Source of the DNA: Candidatus Marinacidobacterales bacterium
Lineage (GTDB): Bacteria; Acidobacteriota; Vicinamibacteria; Marinacidobacterales; DATDRI01
DNA: 64,000 nucleotides
Direction: 5' to 3'
Assembly (NCBI GenBank): GCA_965219415.1
Contig: CBDCNP010000002.1
Span: 608,001-672,000 of the forward strand
The notes under the pieces were generated by a model. That model was not told where the DNA came from, did no database searches, and saw nothing but the letters and a program-made list of their open reading frames with translations. How positions within the stretch are numbered: position 1 is the stretch's first letter; every line of letters begins with the position of its first letter. The position numbers and the translations under genes were made by a program. Shown here piece after piece: positions 27,013 through 37,196 of the stretch.

Positions 27013-29047
27013 TCACTCCGACATTGGCAAAGCATCTACGCGATCGGGCGGCGCCTTCTCCCAGACATGAGCCCTTCCCAGGGCGTGCTTTTCGAACCAA
27101 TCGAGCTCGACGTTCATCTTGAACAACTCGTGGCGGAGCTCCCGCCAGCCATGAGGCTCTCGCGGCGCAATGTCCAGATGGGTGGGGACACCATTCGTCC
27201 GAAGAGCTCGGTAGAGCTCTACCGACTGCGGAGGCGGCACCCGAACGTCGTTCTCTCCAACGAGAACGATGGTCGGCGTCTTGACTTTCCAAATGTCTTT
27301 TAGGGGCGAGTGCTCCCAGTAGACTTCGATGGGCGCGTTCTTCTGCCAAGGCGTGCCGCCGAACCAGGGAGTCCGATAGATGCGAACGTCACTCTGGCCG
27401 TACATGGAAATCCAGTTCACCGCGCCGGCTCCCGAGGACGCTGCTTTGAAGCGGTCGGTGTGGGTGATGATCTTGTTGGTCATGTGTCCCCCGCCGCTCC
27501 AACCCATCTTGGCCATCCGCTCTCCGTCGGCGATGCCAAGCTCGATGACGTGATCGACACCTGCCATGACATCCAGGTGCGCGTTCTGGTAGTAATGGCC
27601 GACCATGTCACGGAGAAACGGGTCACCGTACCCCGTGCTGCCCCGGTAGTTCGGCTTGAGGACCGCATACCCTTTGGCCGCCAGCACCGGGATGTAGTCT
27701 CTCCATCGGGGGAATCCGAACTTGTCGGATGATGCGGGCCCGCCATGCGTTTGGACGACGAGGGGGTAACGCTGCCCGGGTTGGTAGTCCAGTGGATAGA
27801 ACAGGAGCCCCTCCGCGGTCACACCATCGGCACCCTTCCACTGGATCGCTTCTTGACGCGGTAGCACGAAATCTTTAGACACATAACCAAACACGTCGGT
27901 GGTACGCTTCGGCCTTCCCTCTCGGCTCGCGTCTAGCGTCCACACGTCACCTGGGTTCGTCGGCTCGCCGATGCTGAAGACGTGGCGAGACGCCTTTGGA
28001 ACATATGTCCAGCTTCTCACCGCGTGGTCGCCGTTCGTGAGTTGCGTCAGCTTCTCGGTGGTCACATCGACCGCAAACAGTTCGCGACAAACTCCGGTGT
28101 TGGCGGTGAAGTAAATCGATTTACCGTCAGCCAACCAGCTGGCGTCGTCTATCCCGTGTGGAAGGTCAGACAATAGAAGCCGCGGCTCGCCACCGGTTGC
28201 GTTGACGACAAAGAGGTTCCCGTTGTAGTACGTCTCGAAGTCTTCATTGGAGCCGGTTCGAAACAGAACCACCGCGTTGTCGGGGGAAAGCTCGGCGCCT
28301 CATTCCACCACGGCATTGTCGGTGAGCCGGGCCGCGTCTTCCCCGTTAGCATCCATGACCCATACCTCACTCTCGTCCGAGTCGTCGAAGAGTGGTGTGG
28401 GAGCGCGGTGCAACGCAATTCGCGAACCGTCCAGGGAAAACCTATAGCCCAGGATCGAGTAATCCCCCTCGGTGATCCTTTCTTCGACTCTTTCGTCAGC
28501 CGAGACTCGCCACAAGTGATGCTGCTTGTAGTCCTCGTCGAGGGCCGGGACGTCGTCCTCTTTTTCTTCTCGTGTCTTCTCTTCCTCTGTTTTGGCATCC
28601 GCAGCCAGGAAATAGAGAGACGCCCCGTCCGGAGCCCACTCGATCATCGAGACTGCCGTCTCGTGCTCGGTGACACGTTCCGCCTCGCCACCATGTGGAT
28701 CAATCACGTAAATCTGCTTTTCCTCATCGTTCCCTCGCTTGGCGATGAAGGCGACACCGCTACCGTCGGGCGACCACCGCGGGCGCGACTCTCCCTCGGT
28801 CCCGTTCGTCAACTGAATGTGGACTGAGCCATCCGTTTTCGACAGCCAAATGTGACGAATCCTTTTGTTCTCTTCCCAGTTAGCTTCCGCGAGAACGAAC
28901 ACCACTTCGTCGCCGCTCGTTAAGCACGGGCACTTCGAGGAGATCGACGAGTGTCATGGGACGCTTGGCCTCGCCGATGGCTCCAGACGCCATCATCAAG
29001 ACGAGGCCGGACGACGACAGAATGAATGAGCTCCATTGAGTCTTCAT
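27013..29047 (-). CDS. S9C family peptidase, split by frameshifts near 28.9 kb and 28.29 kb
   Basis: Signal peptide plus RPMTLVDLL, WSPDG propeller repeats, HGGP, NYRGSTGYG, catalytic GWSGGG, D-x-RVP and EPH. Confidence 0.85.
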
Positions 29048-29206
29048 GAGCTTTCCCCCTTTTACTCGGGGGAGATTGTACAACATAGCGAGGGCATGTG
29101 CCTGATAGACAAGGGGTTAGGGAACGTCGTTTTTTCTGAAACCCTTTCCATCGTTTTTCCGTCTTATGAGAAGGATGAGTTCACTAATTTCTGAAGGAGA
29201 TCCCCG

Positions 29207-29725
29207 ATGAAACAGCTCTTGAGTCGTCTTTTCCTGTTCGGATCGCTTCTGGCCAGTCCGGCATGGGCCTCACAGCAGGTGGTAGAGACCATCGACAAAA
29301 GCTTTACTGTCGATGGCACTCCCGAGATCGACGTCCAGAACGTCGACGGCCCGATCACGATTACCGCCCACCCAAGTTCTGACATCAAAGTAAGAGCCAT
29401 CAAAGAGGTCCATAGGGCCGCTAGCGATGCCGATGCAAAGCAGGCCGCCGACAAGGTGATGGTGGAGATAAATCAAGTCGGCAACCGTATCGAGATGGCG
29501 GCGGAGTACCCCAGAAGCGCTTTCTCATTCGGCCGTGGGCCGTACGTCATCGTCCGTTTCGAGATTTCGACACCTAGGAAGAGTGACGTAGACGCCCACG
29601 CCGTCGATGGTTCTATCGAGGTCGTTGGCCTCGAGGGACGCTTGCAACTCCAGACCGTCGACGGCGATCTTGGAGTGCGGTCTTGTTTGGGTGAGATTTC
29701 CGCTCAACCGTGGACGGAGATTTAG
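29207..29725 (+). CDS. DUF4097 (adhesin-like beta-strand repeat) protein, C-terminally truncated
   Basis: Signal peptide and VDG repeats (NVDGPI, AVDGSI, TVDGDL); ends abruptly. Confidence 0.65.
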   Translation: MKQLLSRLFLFGSLLASPAWASQQVVETIDKSFTVDGTPEIDVQNVDGPITITAHPSSDIKVRAIKEVHRAASDADAKQAADKVMVEINQVGNRIEMAAEYPRSAFSFGRGPYVIVRFEISTPRKSDVDAHAVDGSIEVVGLEGRLQLQTVDGDLGVRSCLGEISAQPWTEI

Positions 29726-29967
29726 GATCCGTCCCGCTTCCCGTGGAAATAAGAATGGCGTAACCTCCGGTTAAGCAAAACGAAACCGCGCCTGGAAAGG
29801 CGAGGAGGAGGATTACGCCATGAAGAAGCCTACCACCATATTGAAGGAGTCTGTAAGCGAAGAGTCTGCGCCGTGCTATTCAACTGAATCCCAGTTACGC
29901 GACCGCGCACCACTGGCTCGGAAGTCATTTCGCGAAGCTAGGGCGATTCGCCGAAGGCTTAGCAGAA

Positions 29968-30502
29968 ATGGATCGTGCCCTAAAGCTCGACCCCTTGTCG
30001 CTTATCATCAATACCGAGCGAGGACAGGCTCTCTACTTGGCACGGCGCTACGGCGAGGCGGAAACCCAACTCACCGAAGCGCTCGCCTTGGACGAGGACT
30101 TCGCGCCAGCTCACTCCGTCCTTGCGTTGGTCTACCTTCAGACCCAGATGTACGAGCATGCGCTCGCGGCCCGCCGAGGCAGTACGGGAATTGGAGAAGG
30201 ACAGTCCGACCGGCCTAGTCTTAGCTGGCTTAGCTCATGCGGCGGCCGGTAGGAGCACCGAGGCAGGAGCCATACTAGACCAGCTCGCGAGGCTTGCCGG
30301 AAGACAATACGTCTCTCCGGTGCACCTGGCGACCCTTTCTGCCTACCTCGACGACCGAGAGGAGGCGTTGCGATGGATGGAGAAAGCCTTCGACGAGAGG
30401 GCTACCGACCTTCGCTTCCTCAAAGTCGATCCCCTGTTCGATCCAATTCGCTCCCATCCCCGTTTCCCTGAACTGCTTCGCCGCATGAATTTCCCAGAGT
30501 GA
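29968..30502 (+). pseudogene. C-terminal TPR remnant of a TolB-like/TPR protein
   Basis: RALKLDPLSLII...LKVDPLFDPIRSHPRFPELLRRMN; no N-terminus; one frameshift. Confidence 0.7.
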
Positions 30503-30704
30503 GTGTGAAGCGCGGCACGCTTCGTTTCACAAACGTCTGGTCCGTTCAGAAGATGGAATCAACCGTTTTAGCAGTGTGAAAAGTTTCCGACTGCAGGCTG
30601 CGCGAACGGAGCGAGCACTAGAGAGGACGAGCAAGGCCCAAGTTCGTTGCGGGAGGTTTTGGGCGAGCACTATAATGCCGATAGCTCGAACCTGAGAGCA
30701 GGCC

Positions 30705-32603
30705 GTGCCGACGTCCCAATCGTCCACCCCCATACGCTTTGGGGACTTCGAAGTCGATCCGCGCGCCGGTGAGCTACGGAAGCACGGTCGCCTGATCAAG
30801 CTCCAAGAACAACCCATCCAACTCTTGCTCTTGCTCCTTCAGCATCCAGGCGAAGTCGTAACCCGGGAAGAGGCGCGAAACGCTCTCTGGAAAGACGATA
30901 CGTTCGTCGACTTCGACCATGGGCTCGGCGCGGCATTGAATCGTTTGCGCGCCGCCCTAGGCGACTCCGCAAGCAATCCTCGTTTCATCGAAACGCTGCC
31001 TCGCCACGGATATCGTTTCATTCTGCCAGTCGAGGACGCAGCAAACAGAAAAGACGCGGTGTCCACCGACGGCTCGCAAGAGCTCGCCGGCCGACCCGCG
31101 CAAAAAATCCTCCGGTACGCAACGGTCGGAACTCTTGCAACCGCCGTCCTCTTTGGAGCGACCTATCTCGCCCGGTGGCAGCTCTCACCCGTCCCAAACC
31201 CCGCGCAAGGGAAGGTCATGCTGGCGGTCCTGCCACTGGACAACTTCGATGGCGATCTGGAACGCGATTACTTCAGCGACGGGCTCACCGAGGAGATCAT
31301 CACTCACCTCGGCCAAGTGAATCCGAGGCGGCTGGGAGTCATCGCTCGCACATCCGTTATGGCTTACAAAGACTCGAACAAATCGATCGATCAGATCGGT
31401 CGGGAGCTGGGTGTGAGCTACGTGCTCGAGGGGAGCGTTCGGCGGGAGGGACAGCGGGTAAGGATCACCGCACAGCTCATTGAGGTCGCGGACCAGACAC
31501 ACCTCTGGGCCCAGACCTACGACCGTGATTTGCGTGAAGTCCTGGCTTTACAGAGTGACGTGTCCGGTCGCATCAGCCAAGCGCTGGCGGTCGAAGTACT
31601 CCCCGCTAACGATGGGACGCCATCTCGCCCCGCTGTGGTGCACCCTGCTGCCCACGAGGCTTACCTGAAAGGGCTCTACTTCCGGGACACCATGACCGAG
31701 GAAGGCTACAAAAAAGGCATCGAGTACTTCAAAGAGGCGGTCGAACTGGACAAGGACTTCGCCCCGGCCTACGCGGGTATGGCCGGGTGCCATTGTCTGC
31801 TGTCCGGACACGGACTCGAAGTGCTGCCCCCAAAGGAAGCCATGCCAGTAGCGAAGGTGGCGGCACAGAAAGCCCTCGAGTTAGACGATAGGCTCGCGGA
31901 AGCGCACGCGGTGATGGGAATGGTACATATGAAGTTCGACTGGGACTTTGAAGCCGCTGAGAAAGACTTCCGCCGTGCCATTGAGCTCAACTCGAGCTAC
32001 GCGCAAGGGCATTTATGGTACAGCCTTCTCTTGCAGGCGATGGGTCGGCAGAAAGACGCTGTTTCTCGGGCGAAAAGAGCACGAGAGTTGAGTCCGCTCT
32101 CCCTCGCGACCAATGTGAACTTTGGACTCCAGCTCCTCGACGCAGATCGGTACGACGAGGCGGTCGAGCAAATCGAGCAAGCCATCGAGCTGAATCCGAG
32201 ATTCTGGGGAGCACATTGGGGTCTCGGCATCTGTTATCGCCAAACAGGCAAGTACTCGGAGGCGGTCGAAGAGTTTGAAAAAGCCGTCTCGCTCTCGGAA
32301 CGGAATGCAGTCTCCGTTGCTTCGCTCGGGCACGCCTACGCCGTCTCGGGCCAGCGACTGGAAGCTCTCCAGATCCTGGACGAACTGAATACCCGGCGGG
32401 AGAAGATGTACGTCTCGCCCGCCTTTCTCGCTTATATCCACGCGGCGCTCGGCGATACCGATACCGCGTTTCGGTTGCTGGACCGAGCTTACGAGCAGCG
32501 CTCTCGCTATCTTGTTTGGCTGAAAGTCGCGCCTGAATATGAGCCGTTACGCTCCGACTCACGATACCAAGATTTGGTAACCCGCATGGGCCTTCCAATG
32601 TAG
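30705..32603 (+). CDS. winged-helix (OmpR/CadC-type) + TolB-like + TPR protein
   Basis: FGDFEVD, IETLPRHGYRF, LAVLPL, YFSDGLTEEII, LEGSVRR, TPR repeats. Confidence 0.92.
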   Translation: MPTSQSSTPIRFGDFEVDPRAGELRKHGRLIKLQEQPIQLLLLLLQHPGEVVTREEARNALWKDDTFVDFDHGLGAALNRLRAALGDSASNPRFIETLPRHGYRFILPVEDAANRKDAVSTDGSQELAGRPAQKILRYATVGTLATAVLFGATYLARWQLSPVPNPAQGKVMLAVLPLDNFDGDLERDYFSDGLTEEIITHLGQVNPRRLGVIARTSVMAYKDSNKSIDQIGRELGVSYVLEGSVRREGQRVRITAQLIEVADQTHLWAQTYDRDLREVLALQSDVSGRISQALAVEVLPANDGTPSRPAVVHPAAHEAYLKGLYFRDTMTEEGYKKGIEYFKEAVELDKDFAPAYAGMAGCHCLLSGHGLEVLPPKEAMPVAKVAAQKALELDDRLAEAHAVMGMVHMKFDWDFEAAEKDFRRAIELNSSYAQGHLWYSLLLQAMGRQKDAVSRAKRARELSPLSLATNVNFGLQLLDADRYDEAVEQIEQAIELNPRFWGAHWGLGICYRQTGKYSEAVEEFEKAVSLSERNAVSVASLGHAYAVSGQRLEALQILDELNTRREKMYVSPAFLAYIHAALGDTDTAFRLLDRAYEQRSRYLVWLKVAPEYEPLRSDSRYQDLVTRMGLPM

Positions 32604-32701
32604 GCGACACACTTTTTTCACCGTACGGCGGTGTCCCACCTGGGTTAGGGAGCGTGCTTCGGTTTCGCGGGCGCCCATTCGGCTCGCCCCAACAAGCTGG
32701 C

Positions 32702-32732
32702 CTGGGGAGCTGCCAAGGGCAGAGCTCCCCAG
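32702..32732. repeat. REP-like palindrome or hairpin between convergent genes
   Basis: CTGGGGAGCT (32702-32711) / AGCTCCCCAG (32723-32732). Confidence 0.4.
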
Positions 32733-32747
32733 ACCCCGGCAAGCAAA

Positions 32748-33275
32748 CTAGCTCTCTTCTACGATATCCGGCTTCAGGGAGCCAATGATCTCGAGAAGCT
32801 CAGATTTCTCGGCCGCCGGAACTTTGAATTTGTCCAATGTATCAACGAGATGTTGGACCACGATATTAAATTCCTTTTCAGTGATCCCGAGCCCACCATG
32901 GATGACCTTGGCTGGCCGGCTGATGATCTTACAGGGGCCTCCGGTGACGTTGCAGACTAGGTTCTTGTTTTTCTGCCTGAACTGTTGCCTTGTATCATCG
33001 CCCATGCCCCTGAAAAACTGGGCAATGCGAGGGTCTTCAAACAACTTTGCCGCGAAGTCATCGACCACGGCAGAAATCGCATCGTACCCGCCGAGGCGTT
33101 CGTATAATGATTTCTCCTCGCCTGATTCCTCTGGTGCCGACGAGCTCTCGACGGCGGACGGTAGCCCGCGTTCGACAGCTTGCAACGCCGGAGTCACAAG
33201 CAGTGCGGTTGCTAACAAGAGCCCCTTACCCAGGAGCGAACTCCTCGTTCTTCCACAATCTCCGATTGAAAACAT
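32748..33275 (-). CDS. group 1 truncated hemoglobin with signal peptide
   Basis: SLYERLGGYDAISAVVDDF, TGGPC, proximal His in KVIHGGLGIT; GGAGGA RBS. Confidence 0.88.
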   Translation of the reverse strand: MFSIGDCGRTRSSLLGKGLLLATALLVTPALQAVERGLPSAVESSSAPEESGEEKSLYERLGGYDAISAVVDDFAAKLFEDPRIAQFFRGMGDDTRQQFRQKNKNLVCNVTGGPCKIISRPAKVIHGGLGITEKEFNIVVQHLVDTLDKFKVPAAEKSELLEIIGSLKPDIVEES

Positions 33276-33425
33276 CGCAATCCTCCCGTTTCGATTCGTG
33301 CCCTTGGGCGATTGTTCACCCGGGACAACCTACGTTCATAGGCCTAGTCCATTTACGAAGCGTTTCGTTACAAGCTGAAACCTGGGATGTAACGTTTCAA
33401 CTTCCGGGAGGACTATTTCTATGCC

Positions 33426-34643
33426 ATGTCGGAAATGGAAGAGAAAGAGCTTCGACTGCTTGGCGCAAGCTACCGTACGGCGCCGGTCGAGGTTAGGGGG
33501 TCTCTCGAGCAGTTCGTTGCCGAGACCCAGGCGCGCTTGCTGCCGAACGAACCAGGAGAGTTGGAGCTCATCGTCCTTTCTACCTGCAATCGCACCGAGA
33601 TTTACGCTTCGGGGCCGATACAGGCTGACTACCTGGATCGATGGTTTCGGCACATTGCCGATAGCGTTCGGCCCGGCAGTGCCTCCTCAAACGAAACCCT
33701 TTATCACCTTCGAGGTGAGTCTGCGGCGCGGCATCTATTCCGAGTCGCTTGCGGACTGGACTCGGCGGTCCTGGGTGATGTGCAGATACTGTCGCAGATT
33801 AAACAGGCCCGGACGGCCGCGAAGGAGGCGGGAAGGCTTGGAGTCTTCCTGGAACGGCTCTTTCAGGTGGCCATCCAAGCAGGAAAGCGGGCAAGACACG
33901 AAAGCGAGATCGGGTATGGTGCGGCCAGCGTGGGCTCCGCCCTTGCCAGCATGCTCCGCCGACGATCGAAATCAGGTTCATTTCGAATCCTCCTTATCGG
34001 AGCCGGTAACGCCGCCCGCAACATTGGTCTGCACCTCGCCAAATCCGAGCTAGGCTCCATCGTGTGTATCAACCGCACCCGCCACAAAGCGAACGAGCTT
34101 GCGCGTCGGTTGGGAGGAGAGTCCCGGCCCTGGGACGAGCTCGAAGCCGCGTTGCTCGAAAGCGACCTTGTCATTGCGGCCACATCGGCCGCCGAGCCCG
34201 TTCTTCAGAAAAACGACCTTGAGGAATTGGCCCAGCGGCGTCGTGGCGAGCCCATTCTGATCGTCGACGCCGGCCTCCCCAGAAACGTGGAGCCGGGCTC
34301 TCCTTTGGACGTGATTGGTATCGATGAAGTCCGTGAGCTGCAGGAACAGGTTTTGGCAAGGCGTCGGGCTTCGGTGCCATCGGTGGAGCGAATCATTCAA
34401 GACGCGGTCGAGGAGTGGGGACGCTGGCTTGCTTCTCGGCCCATAGAGGAAATCGTTCGGTCCTTGTTTCAGGAACTACCCCACTACACCAAGCAGGCGG
34501 CAGCCCGACTCGTCGACGGCGGGGTACTGACGTCGGAAAAAGCAGAACGGATCCTCGCGAAGTCTCTTCGGGAACTGCTCCATGACCACGTCCGTCGTCT
34601 GCGCACCCTCAGTAGCGACGGCGACATCCGACTCATGAATTAG
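33426..34643 (+). CDS. hemA: glutamyl-tRNA reductase
   Basis: LSTCNRTE, HLFRVACGLDS, IGAG, NRT, LPRNVE. Confidence 0.92.
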   Translation: MSEMEEKELRLLGASYRTAPVEVRGSLEQFVAETQARLLPNEPGELELIVLSTCNRTEIYASGPIQADYLDRWFRHIADSVRPGSASSNETLYHLRGESAARHLFRVACGLDSAVLGDVQILSQIKQARTAAKEAGRLGVFLERLFQVAIQAGKRARHESEIGYGAASVGSALASMLRRRSKSGSFRILLIGAGNAARNIGLHLAKSELGSIVCINRTRHKANELARRLGGESRPWDELEAALLESDLVIAATSAAEPVLQKNDLEELAQRRRGEPILIVDAGLPRNVEPGSPLDVIGIDEVRELQEQVLARRRASVPSVERIIQDAVEEWGRWLASRPIEEIVRSLFQELPHYTKQAAARLVDGGVLTSEKAERILAKSLRELLHDHVRRLRTLSSDGDIRLMN

Positions 34644-35004
34644 CGGTTCCTACAAGACTTCCTTGACCTTCTCTACGGGCTCGTGCCAGCACGGCCCCTG
34701 CGCCCTTCTCCACGATCGGCCGCTGTATGAGCTCTGGGTGCGCAGCCATCGCATCCAAGATCTGCTTGTCGATCACCTTCGGGCCGTCGAGCTTGAGCTT
34801 CTTGTAGGCCGCTTCTTTCTTTCGCAGAAGCTCTCTGGGTGAAATCCGCATCTTGCGGATGAGGTCCTTGAGCTTCGTCTTCGGAATCGGGTCGACCCTG
34901 TAGTCGACCCTCTTGAAGTCTACGCCGCTCTCCCGGAGCAGCTTCGCCACACTGCGGCACGTGCCTCACGTCGGTTTTTCGTAAACTACTATCTGCTTTG
35001 CCAT
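34633..35004 (-). CDS. ArsC/Spx-family protein, probable selenoprotein (UxxC)
   Basis: MAKQIVVYEKPT-TGA(34966-34968)-GTCRSV continues in frame into ...HPELIQRPIV. A likely 1-nt insertion near 34680 would restore RPVEKVKEVL with a stop at 34650. Confidence 0.8.
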
Positions 35005-35017
35005 TCCCCACTCGTCT

Positions 35018-36031
35018 CTATTTGTACGAAACAATGACCGACTCGGACATTCCGGGAGCGGCATGGATTTCGTGATTCGAAAAGCCGGCTTCCCCAAGAA
35101 TCTGTTTGTACTGCGCGAAGGTGTAAGCATCCCCTCTCGGTGTGGAACACAACATCGTGAGCGAGAACATAGCCGCGTCCGGAGGCGACACGCGGTCGTC
35201 ATTGGGCACGAACTCCAGAGTCATCGCCCGCCCACCCGGTTTGAGGGCCCGGTGCACTTTCTTCGCCAACTCGGTGCAGGTAGGGATGTCGAAATGATGA
35301 AAGAAATTCGTCAGCAGGACGAGGTCGTAATCGGTGCCGTAGTCCACCTCGAACGCGCTCCCTGGCTTGAGATGATGTCGGTCACCCACGCCGGCCGCCT
35401 GAGCGTTCTCGGTTGCGACCTCTAGGACGGCAGCCCAATCGACGGCATAGGCTTCCGCCTCAGCGTTTTTTTGCGCCACCTTGATTCCGAAGAGGCCATG
35501 CCCGGCCGCGATGTCCAGCACTTTGATCGGTCCTTGAGGCGGCCCGACGAGCTCGGCGATGAACTGCGCGGACGGAGCGATGAGCGGGGCCATACTCCGC
35601 GCAAACTCGATCCATAGCGGGTTCTCCGCAGTCACCGATCCGTCTTCCTCCATGAGCGTACCGCCCTTTCGGACGGCGCCAGCCACGTCCCGAAACGCAC
35701 CCGCGAGCTCCGGTGCCAAGAGAAAACGCGTTGCCACCCCGACATAGGCGGGCGAGTTCTTATCGAGGAAGAGTGCGGTGTCGGGAGTGAGGCCATAGCT
35801 AGGATCGTCCTTCGTCAAGAACCCGGCAACCACGAGATAGTCGCAGAGAATGCGCACCCCCCGCTCGGAAACGTCGAGCCGCTTGGCCAGTGCGTCAGCG
35901 GAGGTCGCCCCCTGGGCGATCTCGGTGAATAGACCCAGATCGATCGTACCTCTCAAGGCTTCTGTACGTTGGTATGCGTTGATAGTGTTGAAGATGAGCT
36001 CCGGTGACGGAGGTGCTTGCTTGTTATTCAT
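35018..36031 (-). CDS. class I SAM-dependent O-methyltransferase (dimerisation + catalytic domains)
   Basis: VLDIAAGHG, NFFHHF, ALKPGG. Confidence 0.88.
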   Translation of the reverse strand: MNNKQAPPSPELIFNTINAYQRTEALRGTIDLGLFTEIAQGATSADALAKRLDVSERGVRILCDYLVVAGFLTKDDPSYGLTPDTALFLDKNSPAYVGVATRFLLAPELAGAFRDVAGAVRKGGTLMEEDGSVTAENPLWIEFARSMAPLIAPSAQFIAELVGPPQGPIKVLDIAAGHGLFGIKVAQKNAEAEAYAVDWAAVLEVATENAQAAGVGDRHHLKPGSAFEVDYGTDYDLVLLTNFFHHFDIPTCTELAKKVHRALKPGGRAMTLEFVPNDDRVSPPDAAMFSLTMLCSTPRGDAYTFAQYKQILGEAGFSNHEIHAAPGMSESVIVSYK

Positions 36032-36046
36032 AAAAGCCTCACGGGT

Positions 36047-37135
36047 TTATGCAGGTAGGAAGTAGAAGGCGATGGCGAGCATCACGTACACGGCGAACAT
36101 TTGCACGCCTTCCATCCAATGGGTCAGGCCGTCCTGGCTCACGACGACGATGACCGCTACTGCCATAGCGATTGCCACCACCTCCATCGTTGTAAACCTC
36201 AAATCGATGGGGCTCGGACCCACCGCGTAGCTGATGAAAACCAGCAGCGGTGCCGCGAACAAAGCGATTTGAATCGAGGAGCCCACCGCGATGTTGATGG
36301 ATAGATTCATCTTGTTCTTGAGGGCCATGAGCACCGCGGTGGAATGCTCGGCGGCGTTCCCGACCACCGCAACCAGGACGACGCCGATGAAGACTTCCGT
36401 CATGCTCAATGCATGGGCAGCCGCTTCCACCGATTCGATGAGAAGCTCGCTCATGAGGGCCACCGATGCCGCCGCCCCCAACAGGACGAGAAACGAAGTG
36501 CGCTTCGACCAAGTCTCCCCCTCGTGTGCTTTGTCCCCCGAATGCGATCCTCCGACATAGAGGTGAGAGTGGGTTTTGAATGTGAAGACGAGCGAAACGA
36601 GGTAGGTAGCCATGAGCACCACCGCGATCATCAGACTCGTCTCCTGCTCGCTCCGCTGGGCACTGTCGCCCGCGATCATGTGAAAGATCGCGGGGATGGT
36701 GAGGCCGATAGCGCTGAGGAGCAGCATGGTGGAGCCGTGCCCTGCTGCGATCGGATTGAAGGTCTGTCTCTGGTATCGGAGACCACCCAGAAATGCAGAG
36801 AGCCCGAAGACTAACAGGACGTTGCCGATGATGGAACCGGTGATCGACGCCTTGACTAGATCGTGTAGGCCGGCCCGCAAAGCCATGATCGCGATGATCA
36901 ATTCTGCCGCGTTTCCAAACGTCGCGTTCAGAAACGCCCCCAAACCCTCCCCGACCCGTTCCGCCAGGTGCTCGGTTGCTTTTCCCATGAGACCGGCTAG
37001 AGGAATGATGGCCAAGCCGGAGGTGATGAATACTGGCAGCCCGCCCCGATGAAGTACATGCTCGAGCAGAAAGGAAATGGGAACGAAGACGAGCAGTAGG
37101 AGGAGGATGTTTTCCGCAGCGAAAAGTCTTTTCAT
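36047..37135 (-). CDS. Ca2+/H+ exchanger (CAX/ChaA family)
   Basis: NATFGNAAELII and VGNAAEH alpha-repeats; GSSIQIALF. Confidence 0.93.
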   Translation of the reverse strand: MKRLFAAENILLLLLVFVPISFLLEHVLHRGGLPVFITSGLAIIPLAGLMGKATEHLAERVGEGLGAFLNATFGNAAELIIAIMALRAGLHDLVKASITGSIIGNVLLVFGLSAFLGGLRYQRQTFNPIAAGHGSTMLLLSAIGLTIPAIFHMIAGDSAQRSEQETSLMIAVVLMATYLVSLVFTFKTHSHLYVGGSHSGDKAHEGETWSKRTSFLVLLGAAASVALMSELLIESVEAAAHALSMTEVFIGVVLVAVVGNAAEHSTAVLMALKNKMNLSINIAVGSSIQIALFAAPLLVFISYAVGPSPIDLRFTTMEVVAIAMAVAVIVVVSQDGLTHWMEGVQMFAVYVMLAIAFYFLPA

Positions 37136-37196
37136 GATGTGACGGGGCTGACCCGAACGGGCCGGATATTACATCGCACCGCAACAAATTGACAAT

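Noticed and set aside
34966-34968. Treating the TGA as a nonsense mutation (arsC pseudogene)
   Set aside because: Its position at the redox Cys plus a correctly spaced hairpin favours selenocysteine, though this is unproven without sel genes.
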